NCBI GenBank assembly: GCA_035347155.1
Contig: DAORET010000006.1
Location: 64,001 to 105,970 of the forward strand
Direction: 5' to 3'
Origin: Leptospiraceae bacterium
Lineage (GTDB): Bacteria > Spirochaetota > Leptospiria > Leptospirales > Leptospiraceae
DNA: 41,970 nucleotides
Shown here: piece after piece, positions 1 through 8,431 of the stretch
Numbering within the stretch: position 1 is the stretch's first letter
How the letters are laid out: the number at the start of each line of letters is the position of its first letter
Made by a program: the position numbers and the translations under genes
Notes under the pieces: model-generated
Database searches by the model: none
Seen by the model: only the letters and a program-made list of their open reading frames with translations
Told to the model about the DNA's origin: nothing

Positions 1-199
1 AAGCCTTTTCCGGCTCACTCATGTTCTTTTTGAACTCTTCCACTCTTTTTAAATTCTTTTGATACCGTAATCTTTTTGATTTTGGCTCCGAGGATATGCT
101 TAAATTTATAGCAAGTTGTAGAACTATAATAATAAGTCCAAGCAGGAATTGTCTATTTTTTTTAAAATAAAATGTATATTTTACAGGCAATTTAATCAT
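1..199 (-). CDS. Partial CDS (N-terminal ~66 aa, continues beyond the window start); hypothetical membrane-anchored protein
   Basis: The reverse complement of 170-206 reads GGGAG then 6 nt then ATG (cat at 197-199). It translates MIKLPVKYTFYFKKNRQFLLGLIIIVLQLAINLSISSEPKSK... with a hydrophobic stretch. The frame stays open to position 1. It is absent from the ORF track because it is truncated at the edge. Confidence 0.3.
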   Translation of the reverse strand, partial: MIKLPVKYTFYFKKNRQFLLGLIIIVLQLAINLSISSEPKSKRLRYQKNLKRVEEFKKNMSEPEKA

Positions 200-332
200 A
201 CTCCCACTCAAACCAATAAAAAGTCGCCGAAATTGAATTATTTTTACTATTTTTTAATATCGGTCAGTAGTTTCGAATCTGGTACCGAATTTGCATCCTT
301 ATAGATATAAGATTCCAAAAGGAGCTACTACC

Positions 333-767
333 ATGAAAAAAATCCTAGCAATCCTCGCAATAAGCCTTACAAGTACCTTAACAGCTGACTCAGAAATTAA
401 TTCTGTTGAAAACATTTTAAAAAATAGTAGACCTGCGGATCTTCCTGCAATAGCCGGAAATTACAGTGCACTTGGAAGCACCCATCAAATCAAGGGAGAT
501 TATTCCAGCGCAATGAGTAATTATAAAAAATCCCTTCAAATCAGACAAGCAATAGGCTTAGATAGAACACAAGGATATGCAACTGTCTTATTTTTACTTT
601 CTATTGTAGAACACAAGATGGGTGAATCCTGCAAAGCAGCAGAGAACATTAAAAAAGTAATTAAAATATATAACTACCTAGGTATGGTAGATGATGCAAA
701 CGTAGCAGAAAAAGAAGGTTTAAAAGAATTTAAATCTGCTTGCTCTGAATTGGTATCTCAAAACTAA
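333..767 (+). CDS. Small exported TPR-like repeat protein (putative lipoprotein)
   Basis: AAGGAG at 319-324 lies 8 nt before the ATG at 333. The N-terminus MKKILAILAISLTSTLTA is a signal peptide. The helical repeat region AIAGNYSALGSTHQIKGDYSSAMSNYKKSLQI is TPR-like. The ORF-track start at 291 is probably too early. Confidence 0.5.
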   Translation: MKKILAILAISLTSTLTADSEINSVENILKNSRPADLPAIAGNYSALGSTHQIKGDYSSAMSNYKKSLQIRQAIGLDRTQGYATVLFLLSIVEHKMGESCKAAENIKKVIKIYNYLGMVDDANVAEKEGLKEFKSACSELVSQN

Positions 768-1552
768 AAAAGACTTTTTCTCCTATCCTTTAGAAATGGA
801 TATTTCTCTCTAAATTCCTTCAGCACCCTTGAGGAAATTCGGTATTTTAGAATTTCCTCTTTCTTTGATTCTAGAATCTCCCCTACTCCAAATGGATCAA
901 ACATTGCAGTGTGTCCCGTATGATAGAGTTGATTTTTTCGACCCGCATAACCAACCCGATTCACTCCTAATACATAAGAGAGATTTTCAATGGCTCTAGC
1001 TTTCAGTAAACTGAGCCAATGATCAATTCTTGCTTCTGGCCAATTTCCGATTACTAAATATAAATCAGTGGAGCCCGCTGTTTTTCGAAACACTTCCGGG
1101 AACCGTAGATCATAGCAAATCAGTAAGCTAATATGAAAGCCATTTAACTCGAAGGTCTCGGTTTTCTCTCCTGCGGTAAAAAACTTATCTTCCTCTGCAA
1201 AGGAAAATGGATGAATTTTGTGGTATCGATTGGTAATGATTCCTGAGGGTCTTGCAATAGAAAAAGTATTAAATGGCATCCCATCCTTGTTTTCCTCCAT
1301 CCAACTTCCGCCGACAACGGAACCAGTTTTTTTTGCCATTTCAATTAAAAACTTTTCTGTAGGACCTAATTGTGCCTCAGCAAAATCTAAACTTCTCATT
1401 GTAAATCCAGTTGCAAAGGTTTCAGGAAATACAATAAGATCAGGTTTGGAATCTAATCGAGAGAGTATATCTCGAATCTTTTGGAAATTCGCCTCTTTAT
1501 CTTCCCAGACTATATCCAGCTGAACTCCGACAACGTTCAAAAATTGATTCAT
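764..1552 (-). CDS. Carbon-nitrogen hydrolase (nitrilase/omega-amidase superfamily)
   Basis: Motifs FPETFATGF (catalytic Glu), a Lys region, and LLICYDLRFPE (catalytic Cys) form the E-K-C triad pattern of C-N hydrolases. The start ATG (1550-1552) overlaps the stop of the upstream gene (ATGA). Confidence 0.8.
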   Translation of the reverse strand: MNQFLNVVGVQLDIVWEDKEANFQKIRDILSRLDSKPDLIVFPETFATGFTMRSLDFAEAQLGPTEKFLIEMAKKTGSVVGGSWMEENKDGMPFNTFSIARPSGIITNRYHKIHPFSFAEEDKFFTAGEKTETFELNGFHISLLICYDLRFPEVFRKTAGSTDLYLVIGNWPEARIDHWLSLLKARAIENLSYVLGVNRVGYAGRKNQLYHTGHTAMFDPFGVGEILESKKEEILKYRISSRVLKEFREKYPFLKDRRKSLF

Positions 1553-2547
1553 TTTCTATATACAAATAAAAAGGAGAGACTAAAGAAAATGCCAAGGAAC
1601 CCAATCACTGCAAATACGGATTTATCCCAAGTAGTAAAAATACTTCCATTTCGAACTTTTGGCGAATTTGTCCTGGGTTCCTCTGGCTCAAAGTTTCCTC
1701 CAGCAACAGAAATTTCTACAGAATTCGTTTCTGAATAAATTGCTCGAATCGCACCTAAACCTTCCGGAATATTTTCTTTTATTTCTTCAGTGGACATACT
1801 TCCTTTTAGTTCCACTTTCATATCTTTCGGTTTATAAAATATAATTCGAGGGGACTTGGGATCTTCAAAATTAAGCTCATCTTTAAAAGAAATATCTCCA
1901 AGAGACTTAGCCGATAGCACAAATGTAATCTGGAGTTCCGACGAACCAGGTAGGATAGAACGGTCTATCATCTTTCCTTTTTTTCCATCTACTAAATTCA
2001 GGGGGATTCCCATTTTTGAATCCCCTTGTGTCAATTGACCAAAGACTTCAGTTGCCTCTGCAGGCACAAAAACTTCCAAAGGATTATTTTTATCCTGAAA
2101 AGATCTTGGTGGATTCGATTTGTTTTCTATTAGAAAAATTTTATAAAGACGAACTAGATTTTCCTCTCTAACAATTTGCAAAAGACTTCGAACTTCAATA
2201 TTCTTCCGATCTGATGTAGTTTCGTAGACAGAAATTTCCTGCACTTTGTTTCTAAAATTTGGAGCGGGTGGAACCATCTTATTATAATTTGCACCTTTGT
2301 AAGAAACTTGGATTAAAATGGGAGAACCGTCTGGAACATTTACTTTTTCCAGAACAAAATTTCCAGACTTATTACTAAATTCACCGACAGGAACCATCCC
2401 TCCCTGTAGTGCAATTAACTTTATACTGTCTGCTTGTCCAACTCCACCCGTGGTTCCATTTTTTAAGCTGATCTTTAGATTCAGCTCTTCTGCGTTGAGT
2501 CCCGTAATAAAAAGAAATAGAAATAAAAATACCAATCGATTGTGCAT
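1549..2547 (-). CDS. Hypothetical exported protein with N-terminal signal peptide and C-terminal hydrophobic anchor
   Basis: N-terminus MHNRLVFLFLFLFITGLNA and C-terminus SVFAVIGFLGIFFSLSFLFVYRK. It is translationally coupled to the downstream C-N hydrolase. No recognisable catalytic motif. Confidence 0.55.
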   Translation of the reverse strand: MHNRLVFLFLFLFITGLNAEELNLKISLKNGTTGGVGQADSIKLIALQGGMVPVGEFSNKSGNFVLEKVNVPDGSPILIQVSYKGANYNKMVPPAPNFRNKVQEISVYETTSDRKNIEVRSLLQIVREENLVRLYKIFLIENKSNPPRSFQDKNNPLEVFVPAEATEVFGQLTQGDSKMGIPLNLVDGKKGKMIDRSILPGSSELQITFVLSAKSLGDISFKDELNFEDPKSPRIIFYKPKDMKVELKGSMSTEEIKENIPEGLGAIRAIYSETNSVEISVAGGNFEPEEPRTNSPKVRNGSIFTTWDKSVFAVIGFLGIFFSLSFLFVYRK

Positions 2548-3097
2548 AGATTCATATTTTTTAATGGAATGATTTGTTAAAGGAAAATATATACTAATTT
2601 GTCAGAACAAATTAAAAACTCTTTTAAATGGCACTTTCTTCTTTTTTATTTAGAATAAAAATGTAGCGATTTACTAAAACCTTCCTTTTGATTCCAACGA
2701 GTACCAAGAAAAACTCCAGACAAATCACTTAGAATCAAATAAAAAAATTCGGTATTTTTTATTGATCACATCTATGAAAACAATTAATACAAAGACAATC
2801 AATTATGAATCTCTTTCATTCCTCTTATTTTAGTAAGACTTCCTTTTTTTTGTTAGATAATGATTTAACTTGCGGCTAACAAAAAGTAGCCACAAAATTA
2901 TAAAAAAATATTTTTTTCTAAAAAAAAGATTTGCTATTTTAAAAAAATAAGTTATATTATAGACAATCGAAGAGAAAGGTCTGAGGGTTCAAGTCGAAGA
3001 GGTAAATGAAATACTCAAGAACGACAAAGCCATAAGGCAATATCCGGTATAAGACATCAATCTTTGGTTGAAAGTTATAACATGAAAGGAGTGTAGT

Positions 3098-3220
3098 TTG
3101 ATCAAGTATTTCCTCACAAGTTTTCTCATTGCCCTTTCAATAGCAAGTGTAAGTCTATCTGCCTGCGATGGAAAAGGCAAATTAGTAGAAGATAAGCCAA
3201 TAGAGGCAACTACTAAATAG
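3098..3220 (+). CDS. Candidate small lipoprotein (40 aa)
   Basis: AAGGAG at 3086-3091 is followed 6 nt later by TTG at 3098. The ORF reads LIKYFLTSFLIALSIASVSLSAC/DGKGKLVEDKPIEATTK* with a lipobox-like LSAC. It lies in a 700-bp AT-rich intergenic region and is below the size cutoff of the ORF track. Confidence 0.3.
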   Translation: MIKYFLTSFLIALSIASVSLSACDGKGKLVEDKPIEATTK

Positions 3221-3259
3221 TTTCACTTGAATAATCATAGAGGTGCAATGCTTCTATGA

Positions 3260-5107
3260 TTATTCCAAGAAATATCTCTCTCGCACATCGTCCTGATTTA
3301 TCTCAAAATAATATTTATAAAAATGTTTATAGTCTTTTTGAATTTGCGCCGGTGAATTCCTATCTATTTCACTAATGTAGCGATCTAAATACGATTCAAA
3401 ATTGACAAACTCAAACTTTCCTGTTTTCTTCAACTCCGAAAAAAGAATCGCATCATAACGAAGGATTCTGAATTCACCTGGAACATTTTTTAAACGAATC
3501 CAATTGTAATCTGTTTTTGGTATTTCATTCGTTGGAAAAAAATGAATGTTTATATTTCTTTTTAGTAAATAGTCTATTGGTGCTGCTTTTTCATGACCAA
3601 CTTTGCCTCTCTCATAAATTGTTTGATGTGCTATAAACTCGTCCGTCAAACCAGTAACCGATTCAATGGCAATTCTAGGATTTAAATAAAAAGCAATCAT
3701 TGCTTGAGATCCACCAAAGGCAATACTTACTTCTAGTTCTTCAAAGATTTTAGTAAAAGGTAAGAGTGATAATTTTAATTCATAGACACTTTTCAATTTA
3801 TAAACATCACTCTCATTTGTGATATTATCAACAATTGGATATTGAGATCCCTTATAAGGATTGTTGTAAAACAGTGTGCAGATAACAACCATTAGACTCA
3901 AAACATTTCGAACTCTTGGAAATTTCATTCTAAATAAAAAGAGTTCTGTTGTAAGATAAAGCAATGGAGTAATTGGAATGAGAAGTCTTGCAAACATAAA
4001 ATCTCCTCCAATTTTTGTAAGATACAATATATACAAAAAAGAAGGAAGGAAAAGCAAAAGAAAAACTCGAATATAAAAATGATCTATTCGACTCTGCCCT
4101 GAGATCATTCTCTTCAAAGAAAATGATGGTTTAATTCGATAGAGATTTCTCTTTCTTAATCTTAATTTTCTACGTCTCATTTTATAGCGACGAGAGAAAA
4201 GAACGAGAGCCAAATAACGCAATTTAGAGCTAACTCTTGTTATACGCAAAAACCAAAAAAGAACTAACAAAAAAGGTAAGACCAAGATATAGTAAGAAGA
4301 GAAATACAAATAGGTATACTTGATTCCTTGCTCTAAATAAGATTCCATTCCAGATTTAGCATAGAATGTATTTGGAAAAAACCAACCGTAATAAGTATAC
4401 CTCCAAAACCAATAGGGTAAGAAAATAAAAAGAAACGGTAGTTGTAATACAAATTGATTGATAAAGTAAGTTCTATATTCCAAATTTCGATACTTAAAAA
4501 GTAAAACATAAAGAGTTGCAAATATATAAAAAAGAGCCCCATCGGGACGAGTCATAATAGATAAAACCAACAGAAAAAGACCTATTAACACATGTAAACC
4601 ACGATCACTTAAAAGAATAAAGACACTTCCTGCTAGTAACAAAAAACCAAAAAAAGTCGTTTCAAGTCCTCCAGTTGCAAAAATTTGTCCATGGGAATGC
4701 AAGGCATATCCAATAAAAGCGACTGGAAAGTAAAAGGATTTAAAATGTTCCCCTGCACGAATTTTAAAAATAGTGTTTCCTGTTTTATACAAAAAGAAAA
4801 GACTAAGGAGATAGAAAAATAAACCCAAGCCAGTTGATACATGAATTGGATCTAGTTGAAAAAACATTCCAACAGAAATAAATAAAGTCCACAGAAAGTT
4901 TGTAAATCCTTCTACAAATTCACCAGCGTTGTAAACTAAACCCAATCCATCATTTAAATTTTTTGCATATCGAAAGGAGATAAATGCATCATCACATACC
5001 CAATGCAAAATATATGCTTTATATAATGCATATATCCCTATCGCTAGGCTAATATAAATAGATACAATCTTTCGGTTAAGGCTGACTGAATATTTTTTAG
5101 AATACAA
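3260..5107 (-). CDS. Polytopic membrane glycosyltransferase, GT-C fold (ArnT/PMT-like)
   Basis: More than 10 predicted TM helices. The first-loop motif HWVCDDAFISFRYAKN resembles the DE/DD-x-RYA loop-1 motif of GT83/GT39 GT-C transferases. There is a basic cytoplasmic loop RRYKMRRRKLRLRKR and a C-terminal soluble domain. Confidence 0.55.
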   Translation of the reverse strand: MYSKKYSVSLNRKIVSIYISLAIGIYALYKAYILHWVCDDAFISFRYAKNLNDGLGLVYNAGEFVEGFTNFLWTLFISVGMFFQLDPIHVSTGLGLFFYLLSLFFLYKTGNTIFKIRAGEHFKSFYFPVAFIGYALHSHGQIFATGGLETTFFGFLLLAGSVFILLSDRGLHVLIGLFLLVLSIMTRPDGALFYIFATLYVLLFKYRNLEYRTYFINQFVLQLPFLFIFLPYWFWRYTYYGWFFPNTFYAKSGMESYLEQGIKYTYLYFSSYYILVLPFLLVLFWFLRITRVSSKLRYLALVLFSRRYKMRRRKLRLRKRNLYRIKPSFSLKRMISGQSRIDHFYIRVFLLLFLPSFLYILYLTKIGGDFMFARLLIPITPLLYLTTELFLFRMKFPRVRNVLSLMVVICTLFYNNPYKGSQYPIVDNITNESDVYKLKSVYELKLSLLPFTKIFEELEVSIAFGGSQAMIAFYLNPRIAIESVTGLTDEFIAHQTIYERGKVGHEKAAPIDYLLKRNINIHFFPTNEIPKTDYNWIRLKNVPGEFRILRYDAILFSELKKTGKFEFVNFESYLDRYISEIDRNSPAQIQKDYKHFYKYYFEINQDDVRERYFLE

Positions 5108-5165
5108 AAATCGACTCCGATATTTATCTTTATTTTAAAATGAATCTGGTCAATCTTGATTTAGC

Positions 5166-6344
5166 ATGAAGAAAAAGATAGCTCTTATATCACCCATTTT
5201 TTCGCCCAATATATCCGGTGGTGCGGAAAGGCATGCGATTAGCTTTGCGGAACTGTTATCAGAAGACTACGATCTAGAAATACTTACAACAAAAGCACTC
5301 GATTATATTACCTGGAAAAATGTAATAAAAGAGGATACGGAAACATTTCATGCAAGCCTTGTGAGAAGATTCAAGGTAAAAGAAACTAGAAATATTAAAT
5401 CTTTCAATCGTTACCATGCAAGGCTAATTCATAAACTTCCAAATATCTCTGAGAAAGAAATGGAAAAATGGATTCAAAAGCAGGGTCCTTATTGTCCTGA
5501 TCTAATTCATTTCATACGAGAAAACCAACATAAATATGATGTGTTTATTTTTATGACTTATCTCTATTATACAACGATATACGGTATGTCTGAAATTAAA
5601 AATAAATCTATTTGTGTCACAACATTGCATGACGAGCCTCCTGCTTACTTTCCTATCTACAAAAAAATTCTCACAAATGAAATCAGTTACTCATTTAATA
5701 CTCCAGAAGAGAGAGATTTATTTGTTAAAATTTTCTCTTACAAACCAAAGCATTACTCCATAATCGGTTTACATGTAGATCAACCTGCTATTGTTCATTT
5801 GCCCAAGCCCAAAGGAAATTATGTAGTTTATATTGGAAGAATTGATGCAGGCAAAGGAATATACACGTTAATTGAAAAGTTTTTGGAATGGAGAAATAAA
5901 TACAATGAAGAGATAGACTTAGTTTTAATTGGAGGGGGTGAACAAGTATTAGCCTCTGAACATGTAAGATTTACAGGCTATATCTCGGAAGAAGAAAAAA
6001 TCAATTATTTAAAGAATGCATTGTTTTTAATCAACCCATCTCATTTAGAAAGTTTCTCCATTGTAGTTATGGAAGCATGGCTTCTTGAAATTCCAGTATT
6101 GGTAAATGCGGAATCGGAAATTTTAAAAGCCCACTGTATTCGAAGCAATGCAGGTTTATACTACTCAGACCAAGAAAACTTTGAGGCTACTTTTAATTAC
6201 CTACTCGATCACCCCGAAACCCGAAAAAAAATGGGCAGGAATGGCAGACTCTATGTGGAAATGAATTATACCAGAGATAAAGTAAAACAAAAATTACTTA
6301 GCTTAGTAGAGAGTATTAAAAAAAGGGACAGTGCAAAAACTTAG
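5166..6344 (+). CDS. Glycosyltransferase family 4 (GT-B, group 1)
   Basis: N-terminus ISPIFSPNISGGAERH, GRIDAGKGI, and the E-x7-E region FSIVVMEAWLLEIPVLVNAESE typical of GT4 retaining transferases. It is divergent from the GT-C gene. Confidence 0.75.
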   Translation: MKKKIALISPIFSPNISGGAERHAISFAELLSEDYDLEILTTKALDYITWKNVIKEDTETFHASLVRRFKVKETRNIKSFNRYHARLIHKLPNISEKEMEKWIQKQGPYCPDLIHFIRENQHKYDVFIFMTYLYYTTIYGMSEIKNKSICVTTLHDEPPAYFPIYKKILTNEISYSFNTPEERDLFVKIFSYKPKHYSIIGLHVDQPAIVHLPKPKGNYVVYIGRIDAGKGIYTLIEKFLEWRNKYNEEIDLVLIGGGEQVLASEHVRFTGYISEEEKINYLKNALFLINPSHLESFSIVVMEAWLLEIPVLVNAESEILKAHCIRSNAGLYYSDQENFEATFNYLLDHPETRKKMGRNGRLYVEMNYTRDKVKQKLLSLVESIKKRDSAKT

Positions 6345-6540
6345 CATTTTTGAAAAAGTATATAAATAACTCACATTTCGCAAAATTTATTATTTGAGAA
6401 GTAAATGATGATTTTAAGATATTAGAGAATGCTAATGAATTAATAAAACCAATAGCCTGCGATAGCTCGGCTGATGGAGAGCTTATAAAGCGATGGATGG
6501 ACAAACCCTCCGTTCCCTCTCTCTCGCACAGCTCAAGCCT

Positions 6541-6628
6541 ATTGTCATTTTTCAATGACAATGGGAGCAAACCTCATTTGAACGCTTGGTTCACCCGAAC
6601 TCAATCATTGCTTTTATGAAGCAATGAT
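6541..6628. other. Two perfect AT-rich hairpins in a locally GC-richer intergenic island (possible structured RNA or atypical bidirectional terminator)
   Basis: attgtcatt-tttc-aatgacaat (6541-6562, 9-bp stem) and atcattgctt-ttatg-aagcaatgat (6604-6628, 10-bp stem). Both lie between convergent genes, with no clean U-tract. Confidence 0.3.
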
Positions 6629-6744
6629 AATAGCTATAGCGTAAGGTGAGTAAATAAATCAAATTTCTCTATAAATCTATAAATCTCTCTCTTTAACTAA
6701 GATTTTGCACAGATCTACTGAAATTCTAATGCATGAGGTATATT

Positions 6745-8418
6745 TCAAAAATGATTCTGAGCAATTCTTCTGACTGCATCTACCAATCTATCAATCTCTT
6801 CCTTGGTATTATAAAAAGAAAGGGAAGGACGAACAGTAGACTCTACACCATATCGTCGAAGAGAAGGTTGTGCGCAATGATGACCAGCACGCACAGCAAT
6901 TCCCTCTAAATCTAAAAGTCTTCCAACTTCAGATGTTTGTTTATTTTGCAATACAAAGGAAAGAACCCCTACTTTATTGGGAGCGGTTCCTATCAAACGT
7001 AAACCTTTTATTTGAGTCAAACCAGCTGTAGCATACTCCAAAAGAGAATGTTCATATTTAGCTATGTTCTCTAGACCTATGCTATTCACATAATCCAAAG
7101 CAGCACCCAAACCTACTGCATCTGCTATATTCGGAGTTCCTGCCTCAAATTTAGCTGGTAAATCACTATAAGTTGTTTCCTCAAAGGTTACATTTTTTAT
7201 CATATTCCCACCACCCTGCCAAGGAGGCATTAACTCTAAAATTTCTTTTCTTCCATAAACAACACCGATCCCAGTAGGACCAAAGATTTTATGTCCAGAG
7301 AAAACAAAGAAATCAGCTTCCAAATCTTGAACGTTAACTGGAATATGTGCGACCGACTGCGCCCCATCGATTAACACTTTTGCTCCATGCCTTTTCGCAA
7401 GTCCTATCATTTCTTTTACAGGTAGAATTGTTCCAAGACTATTTGATGCTTGCGTCAAAGATACAAATTTAGTCCTCGGACCAAGGAGTCTCTCATAATC
7501 TTCTAGAATTACTTCTCCTCTCTCATTCAGTGGAATAACACGAATGATGGCACCCTTCTCCTTTGCTACAATTTGCCAAGGGACAATATTTGCGTGATGC
7601 TCTGCTTGAGATAGAATGATCTCATCCCCTGCTTGAAAATACTTTCTTCCGTATGTTTGAGCGACTAAATTGATCGCCTCCGTTGTTCCTCTAACAAATA
7701 TAATTTCTGATGTGGATGAAGCCTTAATAAAATTCTTTACTTTCTCTCTTGCATCCTCGAATGCATCTGTAGATCGAGCAGCTAACGTGTGCGCTCCTCT
7801 ATGTATATTTGAATTATCATTTGAGTAGTAATGACTGATTGCATCAATCACAATTTTCGGTTTTTGCGTTGTTGCAGCATTGTCAAACCAAGCTAGTGGC
7901 TTTCCATGCACTTTCTGATTTAACACTGGAAAATCTTTCCGAATCTGATTCACATCAAATGGTTGATTGGAATAAATATCTTTTACAAATCTAGAATCAC
8001 TCTGTTTTTGAAAAAAAACACAATTATCCAATCCATTCCAATTTAAATTATGATTCGAGTTTTTACCTTGAATACTTTCGACAAATGATTTCAGGTTATC
8101 ATACTTTCTTTCACCAACAATTTCTGATTGCTGTTTCTTTAAAGTCCCAACGGATTCAGAAATCGTTTTTTGATCCAAATTCAACTTTTCAGAAACAGAC
8201 TCATTTCTATCTGTAATTTCCGAAGTATTTTTTCCAAATACTATCTCTTGGATTTTCTCAAAATCTAAATCTTTTTCTTTTCCAGAAAAAGATTTTTCAG
8301 GCATATATTTATTAGCCGCTACTTTAAAAGAACTCCCCGAAATACTATTTGCTTTCGGAAGTTCATTATAAAGCTTTGAAGCTATTTGCGCAATAAAACT
8401 TGTATCGAATGGTTCCAT
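6745..8418 (-). CDS. Group II cysteine desulfurase (SufS/CsdA-like) with ~170-aa low-complexity N-terminal extension; putative encapsulin cargo
   Basis: PLP lysine context FSGHKIFGPTGIGVVYG and catalytic Cys context RAGHHCAQP. The preferred start is ATG 8416-8418 (MEPFDTSF), preceded by AGGAGA at a 5-nt spacing. The ORF-track start at 8487 is likely too long. The first ~170 residues are S/K/E/N-rich with no fold motifs. Confidence 0.8.
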   Translation of the reverse strand: MEPFDTSFIAQIASKLYNELPKANSISGSSFKVAANKYMPEKSFSGKEKDLDFEKIQEIVFGKNTSEITDRNESVSEKLNLDQKTISESVGTLKKQQSEIVGERKYDNLKSFVESIQGKNSNHNLNWNGLDNCVFFQKQSDSRFVKDIYSNQPFDVNQIRKDFPVLNQKVHGKPLAWFDNAATTQKPKIVIDAISHYYSNDNSNIHRGAHTLAARSTDAFEDAREKVKNFIKASSTSEIIFVRGTTEAINLVAQTYGRKYFQAGDEIILSQAEHHANIVPWQIVAKEKGAIIRVIPLNERGEVILEDYERLLGPRTKFVSLTQASNSLGTILPVKEMIGLAKRHGAKVLIDGAQSVAHIPVNVQDLEADFFVFSGHKIFGPTGIGVVYGRKEILELMPPWQGGGNMIKNVTFEETTYSDLPAKFEAGTPNIADAVGLGAALDYVNSIGLENIAKYEHSLLEYATAGLTQIKGLRLIGTAPNKVGVLSFVLQNKQTSEVGRLLDLEGIAVRAGHHCAQPSLRRYGVESTVRPSLSFYNTKEEIDRLVDAVRRIAQNHF

Positions 8419-8431
8419 AGTATCTCCTAGT

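Noticed and set aside
1144-1523. Short ORFs on both strands inside the C-N hydrolase gene
   Set aside because: They are shadow ORFs fully contained in a well-supported CDS. Several others listed in the track fall in the same class: 4333-4842, 8820-9059, 9252-9743, 14484-14678, 15600-15891, 22997-23278, 24095-24559, 26682-27129, 27850-28735, 29657-29887, 32417-32782, 38633-39016, 39626-39871 and 40223-40805.
2989-3180. 63-aa minus-strand ORF in the 700-bp AT-rich gap
   Set aside because: No signal for translation. It overlaps the plus-strand small lipoprotein candidate, which has a strong SD. The minus ORF is therefore the less likely reading.
6316-6570. 84-aa minus-strand ORF spanning the intergenic GC-rich island
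   Set aside because: No RBS or start context. The sequence runs through hairpins and a pyrimidine tract. A structured non-coding interpretation fits better.
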